Shown: piece after piece, positions 28,432-38,489 of the stretch
How positions within the stretch are numbered: the first letter of the stretch is position 1
Layout: each line of letters opens with the position of its first letter
IMG/VR virus record: IMGVR_UViG_3300031673_000067
Span: 1-52,418 of that record
From: a virus
Taxonomy: Duplodnaviria; Caudoviricetes
Length of the DNA stretch: 52,418 nt
Reading direction: 5' to 3' (one strand)
The notes under the pieces: model-generated
Databases searched by the model: none
Told to the model about the DNA's origin: nothing
The model's input: the letters and a program-made list of their open reading frames with translations, nothing else
Program-made: the position numbers and the translations under genes

Positions 28432-29852
28432 GGGTAAATCCTTGATAAATCGCTAAATTTTATATTGCCGCTTATGTATCCTGTTCTTATTTCCTTTGTG
28501 CCAAAATTCCATATTAGCTCGTCTGGCTCTTCATCTTCTACAAATATCCGTGCTTCAAAATTTCCTGAATTATAACTCACATCTATTTTTATATTATTAA
28601 TTATTGAATTGGTGCCATATAAATATTTTACTGGTCTAATTGTAATAGTTGTATCTGGATTACTGGCTCCGATGTCAAATAAACTACCTGTTATTATTGT
28701 TTCGGTAAATATAGGTTGGTCTGGTTCTATTTCATAATTTATTGTAAAACTATCTTGCTCAGGAGTAGTGCTTCCGTCTTCACTGTGAAAATATGTTTTG
28801 ATATTTATAGAATTAAGTCCGAATAATGCTAATGATGATATATTAGCGTTTATTACACTTGCGCTGTTTGTTTGTGGATACCCAGTACTATCAACCCATG
28901 CTGAACCATTCCAGTATTTTTCTACACCGGTAACTAGTATAGTATATGTTATGCTATCAAGTCCAGTTTCAGTAATAACATCTGTAAATCCCGTAATACT
29001 CGTTGCCTGTATTCCAGATTTTGGCAATGTGTTTGGATTATCAGTTGGGAATGTTGTGTCGGCTCCTGGCAGTTGCTGGGTTCCGGCTCCGTTATTCCAA
29101 CGAAAAGCTATTTCGGCCGCTGTTAATTCTCTAGCATAAACTACTACTTCATCTAGTATAGTAGTATCTAATATACAATTATTATTTCCATCTCTTCCGC
29201 TTATCTGAAAATTATAAGTATTAATTATGCTTCCTGTCAGTGTTCCGGGGACAAATACAGTTTTGTCTATCACATTATCAACATATATATTCATTCCAGT
29301 ATCCTGGCTATTGCCATTATATGTCAAAACAACATGATGGAATATATCATCGTTATATGTCCCCACTGTCTCGATTGCAATTACATCTATCAAATCTCTT
29401 ATTACAAATCTAATTATCCCTGATTGTATATTGACACCATATCCATCAAATGGAGCAACGCTGTTTTGTTTTGAAATAATTGTTTGAACTGTGCCAGAAG
29501 TAAATTTGATCCAAAATTCTAAGCTAAAGGAATCTGTTCTTTCAAAATTAAAATCTATATTGCCTAAATTTATAATACCTGTTGCTGTAATAAGCCCTTG
29601 TAGTCCATTATTAATTTTTGCAGGCACTTTATTGTTAGAATCATAACCGCCTTGTAGTGCTCCGTCTCTACTATTACCGCTACTGTCTCGAAATACAAGA
29701 TCATTTACATTATCATCCATTTCCCAATATGCGTATGCTTCCGGTGTGCCTGTGCTAGCCAGTAGTTTTGCTACCCCCCCAATAAACTGTATTTTATTTG
29801 AATCGAAATTATAATTGTCTTCGTTTGTGTTGTTATAGGTTGTAGATGGCAT
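28428..29852 (-). CDS. LamG/concanavalin A-like domain virion protein
   Basis: AYWEMDD, DSSGNSRDG, FSLEFWIK, FHHVVLTYNG, IYVDN, LDEVVVYARELTAAEI. Confidence 0.88.
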   Translation of the reverse strand: MPSTTYNNTNEDNYNFDSNKIQFIGGVAKLLASTGTPEAYAYWEMDDNVNDLVFRDSSGNSRDGALQGGYDSNNKVPAKINNGLQGLITATGIINLGNIDFNFERTDSFSLEFWIKFTSGTVQTIISKQNSVAPFDGYGVNIQSGIIRFVIRDLIDVIAIETVGTYNDDIFHHVVLTYNGNSQDTGMNIYVDNVIDKTVFVPGTLTGSIINTYNFQISGRDGNNNCILDTTILDEVVVYARELTAAEIAFRWNNGAGTQQLPGADTTFPTDNPNTLPKSGIQATSITGFTDVITETGLDSITYTILVTGVEKYWNGSAWVDSTGYPQTNSASVINANISSLALFGLNSINIKTYFHSEDGSTTPEQDSFTINYEIEPDQPIFTETIITGSLFDIGASNPDTTITIRPVKYLYGTNSIINNIKIDVSYNSGNFEARIFVEDEEPDELIWNFGTKEIRTGYISGNIKFSDLSRIYP

Positions 29853-29859
29853 TTTCCCT

Positions 29860-31548
29860 CTATAGTTTTATTATTTGCTGATTTCCATAATTTTCAATTG
29901 TATAATCCATTATTAAACTGGTTGGAGTTATTCCGCTGGTAGCCGTTAGGGATAATGTTATTAACCCAGTTCCGTTTGTGACTACAAATACGTCTGTTAT
30001 CCCGGTACCAATCGGTAAATCTATTTCGTTAATATGGGCTATGTTATTTGTAACTGTTCCTGCTTGATTTCTTGCAATTATGTTAACCTCGCCATAATGG
30101 CACTCTACAACATTTGTACCGGTATTAATAGCAATAACACTGTAAGATATTCTTATGCCTATTCCTGTATTATTTGCAACATATGCTGTTAGTATATTAG
30201 TACTTACTCCCTCAGTTAATGCCTTGGAATATTTTTTTACTGGCCGTGTTGAGTTTGATATATTACTAGCATCTGGAGTATATCCATTTTGCATATTATA
30301 ATTTGTTCTGTTTTCAAACATGTTGTTATTAACAAGATACCCTACCGAACCTGTCTCAAATAATATTCCTGAATTACAATCATAAGCTACATTATCAGCA
30401 AAATAACCCCGGCTACTATCATCCAATGTAATCCCTTCGCCACTAGAATTTATTGTTGTATTTCTGGTCACTATAGCACTGACATTGTCATCTACATCGA
30501 TTCCCTCGATGTTTGTATCCGTGAAGTTTTTATCGATAACAGCTGTCTGGACAAAAGGGCTTGTGCCAATTTGATCCAGTTTAATTGCTTCCGCATTACC
30601 CCCACCAATATTAAATATTTTATTGTTTTCTATCAGACAACTTAAAAAGCCTTGTAGGGATATACCTCTTCCAGCATCATTATAATTATCAATATAACAA
30701 TCAGAAATATAAGCATTTTTCATAGCTCGCAATACAATACATGCGCCCTCGGTTCCATCCAGACATCCTCTAAATGTATTACAGTTTACAAAAGCCACAT
30801 TATTTGACAGTTCTGAAAGCTGCGGAGGATTAGCGTAGTTATCGCCATCAATTGACCAGTGATATGACAATACAACGGCGCTTCCCGTTGTAGTGGTTTT
30901 CATTGTTATGTTATGAAAAATAACGTCATTAACAATTGCTTCATGGTCATTAAATGTAATACATGTGCCTGTATAGTTATTGTTACCACCAGTATTTGTA
31001 GCATTTTCAATTATAAAACCTGAGACAATCACATCATCTGCATTATGAGAAACTCTTATACATCTAGCACCGGAAATATTAGGTAACCACCCTATGCCTG
31101 CTCGTATAATAATCTTTTTTGTGGTAGGTATTACAATTGGATCGTAAGTAGCGTTAGTTTGAACTTCTAATACCTGCCCTTCTGTTAGTGCACTAATAGC
31201 CGTCTGTAAATCGGCAACTCCGGTAGTGGTCAATACGACATCAGCCGGGTACGCATAAAGATTGTCAATTTTTGTTTTAACTTTATGTTTCCAGCTGTAT
31301 ACATTATTGATCAGTTCTAAAGAGTTATCGTTTAATATTTTTCCCTGGTTTGCCGATAAAGGTTTGTTTGTATCTGTGCTTATAAGATTGTCAATAATAT
31401 CTGTGATATTACTTTTTGCTAATAATGCATTATTGAGGTCGGTTTGATTTGATAGTGTTCCTGTAATGCTTCCCCATGTTCCGCCTCCACCACCAGTTCC
31501 AGCAAAGGGATTTTTGTTGCCTACTGTATCTATATTACTTCTTAACAT
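29860..31548 (-). CDS. Right-handed beta-helix (pectate-lyase-like) fibre/spike protein
   Basis: Fibre-type N-terminal motifs WGSITGTLSNQTDL and DNLISTDTNKPLSANQGKIL; Asn-ladder repeats (IENNKI, NIEGIDV, EGITLD). Confidence 0.8.
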   Translation of the reverse strand: MLRSNIDTVGNKNPFAGTGGGGGTWGSITGTLSNQTDLNNALLAKSNITDIIDNLISTDTNKPLSANQGKILNDNSLELINNVYSWKHKVKTKIDNLYAYPADVVLTTTGVADLQTAISALTEGQVLEVQTNATYDPIVIPTTKKIIIRAGIGWLPNISGARCIRVSHNADDVIVSGFIIENATNTGGNNNYTGTCITFNDHEAIVNDVIFHNITMKTTTTGSAVVLSYHWSIDGDNYANPPQLSELSNNVAFVNCNTFRGCLDGTEGACIVLRAMKNAYISDCYIDNYNDAGRGISLQGFLSCLIENNKIFNIGGGNAEAIKLDQIGTSPFVQTAVIDKNFTDTNIEGIDVDDNVSAIVTRNTTINSSGEGITLDDSSRGYFADNVAYDCNSGILFETGSVGYLVNNNMFENRTNYNMQNGYTPDASNISNSTRPVKKYSKALTEGVSTNILTAYVANNTGIGIRISYSVIAINTGTNVVECHYGEVNIIARNQAGTVTNNIAHINEIDLPIGTGITDVFVVTNGTGLITLSLTATSGITPTSLIMDYTIENYGNQQIIKL

Positions 31549-31557
31549 CTCTGCTCC

Positions 31558-31830
31558 TTATAGTGCCACTACAACTTCACCGTCATATTGATAACAAAAC
31601 ATATATACGTCAATCCCTGCTGTAGCTGTAATAACTATTTCAGGACTATTTGTCACCACGCTTGTAGAATAATTTTGATCACCGCTAGGAGCTGGGTCTC
31701 CTGTGTCTACATATGTCTGGTAATATCTGCTCGGTTGCCATTGTTTAATACTAATTATTCCCTCGGTTACATTATCCGCAACTTTTGTCCAGGTATTTGC
31801 TGGTACGGGTATTAAAACTGGGTTTGCCAT
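31558..31830 (-). CDS. Small beta-rich hypothetical virion protein
   Basis: 90-aa ORF with GAGGTG RBS, upstream of the beta-helix gene. Confidence 0.7.
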   Translation of the reverse strand: MANPVLIPVPANTWTKVADNVTEGIISIKQWQPSRYYQTYVDTGDPAPSGDQNYSTSVVTNSPEIVITATAGIDVYMFCYQYDGEVVVAL

Positions 31831-32204
31831 TAGTTCACCTCTATTTCTTTTAATAATTTTTTTAACAACTCTTTTTCTAACTCGTCTTTTTTTTCTTCAA
31901 TTATTTTTTTTACAACTTCTTGTATTGAAGCACTTTCAAAATTATTTACATCATCTAACCAGTCTTTTGTAAATCTTGTATAATCTGTCTCAGCTCCTTT
32001 ATCAGTCACGTTTTTTACAGCACTCATGACTATATAACTCGTAAACATAGATTCATATTGTTTGGTAAGTGAATATTCTTTTATATCTTTGTTAATTAAT
32101 TTATTTTTATCAAGTTGTCTATAAATAAATCTATAAAGATAATTTATTTGCTCTGCTATCATCTTAGATAAATAATTGTCTATTTTTTTATCTATACTAG
32201 CCAT
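31830..32204 (-). CDS. Hypothetical protein
   Basis: ORF with GAGGT RBS, coupled to its neighbours. Confidence 0.7.
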   Translation of the reverse strand: MASIDKKIDNYLSKMIAEQINYLYRFIYRQLDKNKLINKDIKEYSLTKQYESMFTSYIVMSAVKNVTDKGAETDYTRFTKDWLDDVNNFESASIQEVVKKIIEEKKDELEKELLKKLLKEIEVN

Positions 32205-32685
32205 TTTTTACCTCGTACAATGCATATTCATTGTCGCTAATTCTATTGTACAAATATCCATCTATTTCATAATTATTTGCAAACACTTTATCAGCATAGT
32301 ATTGTTTTTCTTTATTGTCAACACCGTCTTTTGTTACTATGTATAAAAGTTTGTCATTTTGCTGTATAATATCAACCCTTTGTGGTGATTTTAATCTATA
32401 TTTTGTTTTTCCTCTTAACTCAAACTCTTTGATCCCCTGTGTCATATATTTTGTTTTTATATCTGTTAGTTTCCAGATTATTGCATTATTTATTTTATAT
32501 TTTATTATCTGTTCTTTAAAATATTCGTAATTAAAATCATCTGTGTAAATATGTAGATTACCAGTTGTTTTACAATGCTCTATTAACAATCTTCTGTTCC
32601 CTTTATTTTTAACAATCTTTTCTAAACTCATACAGCTTCCATCTTTATATTTTGATATTCTATTGCTTTTGTAAATGCCATACAT
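32197..32685 (-). CDS. Hypothetical protein (start probably ~32631, MSLEK)
   Basis: ORF directly downstream of terL. Confidence 0.65.
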   Translation of the reverse strand: MYGIYKSNRISKYKDGSCMSLEKIVKNKGNRRLLIEHCKTTGNLHIYTDDFNYEYFKEQIIKYKINNAIIWKLTDIKTKYMTQGIKEFELRGKTKYRLKSPQRVDIIQQNDKLLYIVTKDGVDNKEKQYYADKVFANNYEIDGYLYNRISDNEYALYEVKNG

Positions 32686-33983
32686 ATGCTATCAGCTAAA
32701 TTCGGAGATTTAAACCCTGTTGGTTTTTTTTCTATTATTATTTTTCCTTTGCTAGATTCTTTTTTAACTATCTGGCATAATTCATCTTCTAATTTATCTT
32801 TTAAGCTTGTTCCAAATTCATCTTTTATTTCTGGATTTATAACAATGTAATCATCTACTTTTTCACCATTTAATTTTCTATATGAATTATTTAGTAAATC
32901 TCTTATTCTCCACCAGTCCTGAGCTTTTAAATTTTCAAACATATCCGAGTTTTTTATATTGATTTCATAATACTCATTTGGGCTTATTACAGCCCCACCT
33001 CCATTATATGCAATAATTTCCATTATTTTATATTCTTTTATTTCTGCTCTAACTCCAGCTCCTACCCCCACTCGATCAAATACAAATCTACTGCATGGAA
33101 AAAAACTATTTTCCTTCGCTAGTCTTATTGCTTTATGGGTTGTTTGTTTTGTATCCCCCTGTTGCCACTGGTTTAGATATACTACTGCATTACCATATCT
33201 GTGGCATGTTGCGTTTGCGTCTCCTCCATCGTCCGCCACGTCAAGGCTCACCACTTTCTTTCCTGATATTTTCTCGCTTTTATAAAGTTCGTACGCTGCT
33301 TGAACCCATTGCCTGTTTATAATAGAGTTTTCTATATTGTCATCTGGCAATCCTTCAAATACATGTTTATATCTCTGGGGGTCTCTTTCTTTCATTGCCT
33401 GTGCTTGTATTATTATTGTTTCTGGACAAAATGGATTATCATTATAATTCACTTTTAGTACTATTTTTTTAGGTAGGTTTTGTTTTGCTAAATTCCAGAT
33501 AGGATCATTATTTTTGCTTCTATTAAACGTAAAAAATAACCGGCTGTTTTGTTCTCTTATTGTTGGTAAAAGCTTTTCTATAGATTGCTCTGAAAATGAA
33601 TGAGCTTCCTCTCCCCATACTCTATCAAATCCCTCTAAGCTTTTGATTCCGTCCCCCTTACCTGCTGCCGCCTGTAATCCTTTAAAAGCAAATTCTGATC
33701 CAGTCTCTATACATATTATTTTGTTGTTTGTTATATGATAATAACATTCTAGTTTTTGCTGTTTTATTATATCTACTAGTAGATGGTATACAGAATCCTC
33801 TATAGAGTTCTGCACTTCTCTTACACATAAATATCTATGTTTCTCTCTAATACTTTCAAATATTAAAAACCTTGCAACCTGCTGGCTTTTACCGCCTCCA
33901 CGTCCTCCATGTAAAAATACGAGCCAGTAATCACCAAACATAGCCTCTTTAAATATTTTTATAAAATTCCATTCAATTTTCAT
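32628..33983 (-). CDS. terL: Terminase large subunit, PBSX family
   Basis: Walker A HGGRGGGKS, CVREVQNSIEDSV, WGEEA, NYNDNPF, LDVADDGGD, SPNLADS. Confidence 0.95.
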   Translation of the reverse strand: MKIEWNFIKIFKEAMFGDYWLVFLHGGRGGGKSQQVARFLIFESIREKHRYLCVREVQNSIEDSVYHLLVDIIKQQKLECYYHITNNKIICIETGSEFAFKGLQAAAGKGDGIKSLEGFDRVWGEEAHSFSEQSIEKLLPTIREQNSRLFFTFNRSKNNDPIWNLAKQNLPKKIVLKVNYNDNPFCPETIIIQAQAMKERDPQRYKHVFEGLPDDNIENSIINRQWVQAAYELYKSEKISGKKVVSLDVADDGGDANATCHRYGNAVVYLNQWQQGDTKQTTHKAIRLAKENSFFPCSRFVFDRVGVGAGVRAEIKEYKIMEIIAYNGGGAVISPNEYYEINIKNSDMFENLKAQDWWRIRDLLNNSYRKLNGEKVDDYIVINPEIKDEFGTSLKDKLEDELCQIVKKESSKGKIIIEKKPTGFKSPNLADSICMAFTKAIEYQNIKMEAV

Positions 33984-34413
33984 TTTCTGTAAACGTTATT
34001 ATGTGTTCTATTCTTGAATCCAATTTCCCGTCAAGCTGCAAGCTCTTATCATCTCTCCATCCATAATTTTTTAATACAAATATAATCATTGAGCTTGGTG
34101 CCTCTCCTGACAAGCCTGCCTCTTCCGCCCAATTTTCACATCTCAGCCTTGCCCTTTTCATAGTGCAAGAAAACTTTTTGTTTTTTTCATAGTCATATAT
34201 AGACTGCCTATCTACAAACCCTAATGCTAACGCTAAACCTGAAAGAGAGGGTGGGTTAATTTTCCATACTTGATTCCCTTTTTTATCTAATAATACATTT
34301 CCGTCATCATCTTTTACTGGCTCTGGCTTTCTGTCTTCAAAATATGCATCTATAATATCTTGCATTTCTTCTGGTGTATTAAACTTTCTCGGCCTTCCGC
34401 CTGCATGTGCCAT
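33973..34413 (-). CDS. terS: Terminase small subunit
   Basis: GRPRKFNTPEEMQ...YF, PSLSGLALALGF, IFVLKNYGWRD; upstream of terL. Confidence 0.88.
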   Translation of the reverse strand: MAHAGGRPRKFNTPEEMQDIIDAYFEDRKPEPVKDDDGNVLLDKKGNQVWKINPPSLSGLALALGFVDRQSIYDYEKNKKFSCTMKRARLRCENWAEEAGLSGEAPSSMIIFVLKNYGWRDDKSLQLDGKLDSRIEHIITFTENEN

Positions 34414-34446
34414 TAAAAAATCCTTAATTCTGCATTTATTTTATCG

Positions 34447-34716
34447 TTAAATATTCGTCTTTGTTTGCATTTCTTTTGGTAATTTATATATTCTTTGTAC
34501 TGTAAGTATCCCATCATTACATTTTACTTTATAATTGTTTTTAAAAAACTTGGTATAATCTATTTTATATATATCCATTTCTCTGTTTAATATATTAGTA
34601 GCTTCTTCAATATTACAATTATATTTATTTGCAAGTTGTTTTCTCAAATTTTTTGTCTTTCTATACATTTTATCTTGTATTTCTTTTACTTGTATATCAC
34701 AATCATTATCAATCAT
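34447..34716 (-). CDS. Hypothetical protein
   Basis: 89-aa ORF with TAGGT upstream. Confidence 0.55.
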   Translation of the reverse strand: MIDNDCDIQVKEIQDKMYRKTKNLRKQLANKYNCNIEEATNILNREMDIYKIDYTKFFKNNYKVKCNDGILTVQRIYKLPKEMQTKTNI

Positions 34717-34739
34717 TTTGTATACCTATAAACAAAAAT

Positions 34740-34760
34740 AGAGACAATTAGTTTGTCTCT
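34740..34760. terminator. Intrinsic terminator-like hairpin (possibly bidirectional)
   Basis: AGAGACAA-TTAGT-TTGTCTCT, flanked by an A-tract on the left and T-tracts on the right. Confidence 0.55.
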
Positions 34761-34885
34761 TTAATTTCTTTTTTATCTTTGATGTTTGTTGATTTAACAT
34801 GTGTTGCTGGAGGACAGTTTTTAATATTTTCTATTTCGTCAATGTTTTTAAAAACTTCTTTAAGTGTATTCTCTATATTGTACAT
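34748..34885 (-). CDS. 45-aa peptide with its own promoter
   Basis: MYNIENTLKEVFKNIDEIENIKNCPPATHVKSTNIKDKKEIKETN*; RBS AGGGGG. Confidence 0.55.
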   Translation of the reverse strand: MYNIENTLKEVFKNIDEIENIKNCPPATHVKSTNIKDKKEIKETN

Positions 34886-34902
34886 AGATTATCCCCCTGA
34901 TT

Positions 34903-34931
34903 ATTATATCGTACTTTTATATATTAATCAA
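34903..34931 (-). promoter_or_regulatory. Sigma70-type promoter
   Basis: TTGATT-N17-TATAAT. Confidence 0.6.
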
Positions 34932-35032
34932 GGAGAATTTTTACTTTTTTTTAAATGTCTACTTTTGATTAATTACATTATATATAATTGCTGCTAATAA
35001 TATAACGCTTATTACTAATGTTATTATTTGCA

Positions 35033-35398
35033 TCATTTATCACCCTCTTGATATAATTTCTGATACCTTTTAACAAGGTCTAATATTAATAATGGCCTGT
35101 CTTTTATACTTAACGAATAATACATCTTTATTATATCATTATCAATTATTATCTGACCTAATGGGTATTGAAATATAATTGAATAATTTGTGTATTCATT
35201 CTCTATAATTGATAGCATAAAATTTATGCCTGCTGATAGTTTTCCATTTTCGGTTTCGTCTATTTGAATATATAGTGTATTGTTTAACTCTTGTACTGTT
35301 ATATTGTTTTTCTTAAGGATTTCTATTTCATCTGCTTTTATAAAATATATAACTAATAGTAATATAGGTATAATTATCTTTTTCATGCTAACTCCCAT
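35033..35398 (-). CDS. Exported protein with signal peptide
   Basis: MKKIIIPILLLVIYFIKA-DE signal-like N-terminus (start at the second Met). Confidence 0.65.
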   Translation of the reverse strand: MGVSMKKIIIPILLLVIYFIKADEIEILKKNNITVQELNNTLYIQIDETENGKLSAGINFMLSIIENEYTNYSIIFQYPLGQIIIDNDIIKMYYSLSIKDRPLLILDLVKRYQKLYQEGDK

Positions 35399-35428
35399 TT
35401 TGAATAATATGGATATTATTTGTTATCA

Positions 35429-35680
35429 TCATTCTACTCCCTGCCTGGCTTTTAGTTTTATAATATCTTCTCTTGCTTTTTGTACTTCTCCAGTTAACGC
35501 CCCTTGAGCTCCCTCTATTCTATCAACGGTGTCTTTTATTATACCAATGTCTTTATATATTAGTTTGTTTTCATATGGCATTCTTATGTAAGCCGTATAC
35601 ATAGTTGCCAATGTGCTCAATATTGATATAATACAGGCTACTATAATCGGAATTAATATCTTTTTAATATCGTTTATCAT
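35429..35680 (-). CDS. Small membrane-anchored coiled-coil protein
   Basis: N-terminal TM; AAGGA RBS. Confidence 0.65.
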   Translation of the reverse strand: MINDIKKILIPIIVACIISILSTLATMYTAYIRMPYENKLIYKDIGIIKDTVDRIEGAQGALTGEVQKAREDIIKLKARQGVE

Positions 35681-36138
35681 AAATAGTTTTCCTTTTGTTT
35701 ATCAATAAAAACATGTTTTTTTATATTATCATATTTCTCTAAACTTATTGACAAATCTTTTCCATTTGTAAACCCATTATGAATTATCGTAATAGATAAA
35801 TTATTATATTTCTTGATTATGTTTTCCAAATCAACAATTTTTGATTCAGCATCCATTATATATCCCAATGATAAATTATTATAGTTTTTAAACTCATCAT
35901 TTATTAATTCTTTTAAAATTTTATTTTCCGGTACCGGATTTTTTGATACCTTTGGATTAACTACTAGTGTAAAATTAAGTTTATTTTTTTTCATAGAACT
36001 AACAGCCCTAATTAAAGATTTAAAATCATGTTTAACCGGTTCAATAATTGGATGAATATTTTTTTTTACTATAAATTTAGAGTTATCTCTTAATAAAATT
36101 AATTCAAATTGTTTTCCTCTAAAATATGGATAATACAT
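35677..36138 (-). pseudogene. sce7725-family protein, 3'-truncated
   Basis: Diagnostic start MYYPYFRGKQFEL and PIIEPVK. Only 153 aa; the last residues are read from the next gene's RBS. Confidence 0.75.
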
Positions 36139-36162
36139 ACTATATTCTCCTAAATAAAAGGA

Positions 36163-37053
36163 TTATTGAAATAGAATTGAATGAAAATTATGGTTTAATA
36201 AAGGTATCAATTTTTGGAGCTTTTCTCTTTGATTGCTGATACTCATTATATAGGCAGTTAAAGAATTTGGGGACTTATTTAATAATTTTTTTAAATCATT
36301 TAATTCACAACGACTTCTTAATACATCAAAGACTAAATCATGAGCCTGAATTGGGTCTATTTTATTAAATAACTTTTTACATATTTTAAATAATTGAGTA
36401 TTAGGTACATCGGGAATAAAATCATAATATCTTTTTATAACAGCAATATATTCATTTTTTTTTAAAGAATCGAATAACTTATCTTGTATTAAATATTTTT
36501 TATTTGAAACAGGTTCTCGTATTGTACTAATTGTATTCCTATCTGTAAGAACTAATAAGCCAACTTTTTCAGGTAATATACTTTTTACTTTTTCCAGTTG
36601 TGATCGGGATGTGATAATATTAATCAAATCAAAAATTTCCAAATACGCTTTTAATTGTTTATCTAATCTTTTAAATGAATCATATTTTGATTTAATTTCA
36701 TATACTGTTGATGTCCCGTTTATTATAACTACATCTGCTTTACAGTTACCGGCTCTAAACTCAGATAACATCAAAGAAGTATTTATAGAATGTTTCCCAA
36801 GTAAAATTTTATTTGCAATTGCATTTTTATAAACGTATTCATTTCGGTAATTTTTAAAAAGTAAATCATATATCCAATTTAAAACTTGACTAAATGTCAT
36901 TGATTTTTCAATTTCTTTATAAAATCCACTATTAATAAATATTTCTGATAAATATTTTGAATAGCCTATTTCTATTAAATCATTCATTACAATAGGTAAA
37001 AATATTTTGCTTATATGTGGTAAATTAATATTAATAATCATTTTTCTTTTCAT
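36163..37053 (-). CDS. sce7726-family protein (PD-(D/E)XK-like)
   Basis: YRNEYVYKNAIANKILLGKHS, EFRAGNCKADVVIINGTSTVYEIKS, DSFKRL..QL..Y; adjacent to sce7725. Confidence 0.85.
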   Translation of the reverse strand: MKRKMIININLPHISKIFLPIVMNDLIEIGYSKYLSEIFINSGFYKEIEKSMTFSQVLNWIYDLLFKNYRNEYVYKNAIANKILLGKHSINTSLMLSEFRAGNCKADVVIINGTSTVYEIKSKYDSFKRLDKQLKAYLEIFDLINIITSRSQLEKVKSILPEKVGLLVLTDRNTISTIREPVSNKKYLIQDKLFDSLKKNEYIAVIKRYYDFIPDVPNTQLFKICKKLFNKIDPIQAHDLVFDVLRSRCELNDLKKLLNKSPNSLTAYIMSISNQREKLQKLIPLLNHNFHSILFQ

Positions 37054-37288
37054 TTTCTTATTATATAGTATTAATATATTATTATAAATAACTTTTTATA
37101 AAATATTATTTTTTTAAACAACCCTCCGGATACTGTTCCTCTTTGGAAAGAATAATATTCTCAAGACGATTTATATCACCAAAATATTTTTGAAAAATCT
37201 AAAAAAGCCTCATTAACTTCTTTAGTTAAAGATTGCTTTTGCACTTCCAGATATTTTTTTAAAACTGATTTCTGAAATAATCCCACGT

Positions 37289-37678
37289 TTAACTACATTG
37301 ATTTAAATTAGTTTCTTCTATTATATTTATGATTTTATTCAATTCTCCACATATTCTCCAACCTGGTGGTAACCATGTAAATTTATCTTTATTCATTTTT
37401 ACCCATTTTGCAAAATATAAATGTTGTTTATATTGTGACTTTTCTGCATAATTTCCGGCTCTTGTTATTGCTGTTATATTATTATCTATATTTATTATTC
37501 CAACGTTTGATCCGTCTAGTTTTTCTGTAACTATTATCAAATCTTTCCAATCTCTGATTTTTTTCGTAAGTATTATTTCCTGCCCATATTCTATTTTTTT
37601 ATCTGCTTGTTGACTCATTTTTGATGTTGACAGGTGGGGTATGCTTCCATAATTTTTCATGCCTATTTTTTTATTCAT
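37289..37678 (-). pseudogene. RNA ligase family protein, truncated after motif III
   Basis: YGSIPHL, VTEKLDGSN, ITRAG, WRICGE; unrelated sequence from ~37342; no motifs IV/V. Confidence 0.75.
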
Positions 37679-37682
37679 AATA

Positions 37683-37985
37683 TTATAACCTCCAAATTTC
37701 TTCTATTATTTCTAAATAATTTTTCTCTGTCATTTTATAGTATTTAAATTTCTTATTATTTTTCATCATTGAGGTATATAATTTTTCTCTGTCTTTCTGT
37801 TTTTCACTTAACACATCTCTATATAATTTTACCTCGATATATATTATCCAGCCCTTGTAATGATGCATGATATGATCTATAAAACCCAACGCTCCGCGCG
37901 GCATTTTATGATGAGAATTAAACGTGATTACATCCCAGCCGTTTATTTTATTTAACTCATTTGTTATATCAGTTTTGGTTGTCAT
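37683..37985 (-). CDS. VRR-NUC/Holliday junction resolvase-like nuclease
   Basis: GFIDH...IYIEVK...DVLSEKQK. Confidence 0.65.
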   Translation of the reverse strand: MTTKTDITNELNKINGWDVITFNSHHKMPRGALGFIDHIMHHYKGWIIYIEVKLYRDVLSEKQKDREKLYTSMMKNNKKFKYYKMTEKNYLEIIEEIWRL

Positions 37986-38233
37986 AACAATGCATCCTCA
38001 ACGTTATTTAGCTGCCCGGTTCGTTGATATATCATAGCCTGCATACTATTTATTTTAATTTGATGTTTACAGTTGTCATCTTTATCATATCTGAGATAAC
38101 AATAGTCAAATAATTCCTGATCGTTATAGAAATCTTTTTTCCAGCGCTTTTCATTGTCGCATTTTTTTGTTTGTTTGTTATAATATATACAGTTTATTTT
38201 TTCCATTTTTATGTTAACACCTCCGGACTCCAA
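37982..38233 (-). CDS. Cys-rich hypothetical protein
   Basis: ORF coupled to the nuclease gene; likely start MEKINC after GGAGG. Confidence 0.55.
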   Translation of the reverse strand: MESGGVNIKMEKINCIYYNKQTKKCDNEKRWKKDFYNDQELFDYCYLRYDKDDNCKHQIKINSMQAMIYQRTGQLNNVEDALL

Positions 38234-38240
38234 AATTTAT

Positions 38241-38489
38241 TTAACCAGAACCATAACCAGAACCAGAACCATAACCATCACCATAACCAGAACCAGTACC
38301 ATCACCAGAACCATAACCAGAACCAGAACCATAACCATCACCATAACCAGAACCATAACCAGAACCAGAACCATAACCATCACCATAACCAGAACCAGTA
38401 CCATCACCATAACCAGAACCATAACCAGAACCAGAACCAGAACCAGAATTTCTAATATAGTCTATAATATTTTTAGTTTGTATAATCAT
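38241..38489 (-). CDS. Gly/Ser/Tyr/Asp low-complexity (GSGYGDG) repeat protein
   Basis: Start reassigned to 38489 (GAGGA RBS); about 14-aa leader followed by G-X repeats. Confidence 0.75.
   Translation of the reverse strand: MIIQTKNIIDYIRNSGSGSGSGYGSGYGDGTGSGYGDGYGSGSGYGSGYGDGYGSGSGYGSGDGTGSGYGDGYGSGSGYGSG
38244..38447. repeat. Hexamer-based tandem repeat (ACCAGA/ACCATA/ACCATC units)
   Basis: Directly visible; open in several frames. Confidence 0.95.

Noticed and set aside
37054-37342. Coding-like stretch upstream of sce7726
   Set aside because: Several stops and frame breaks and no recognisable family, so it is mentioned only as debris within the captured segment.
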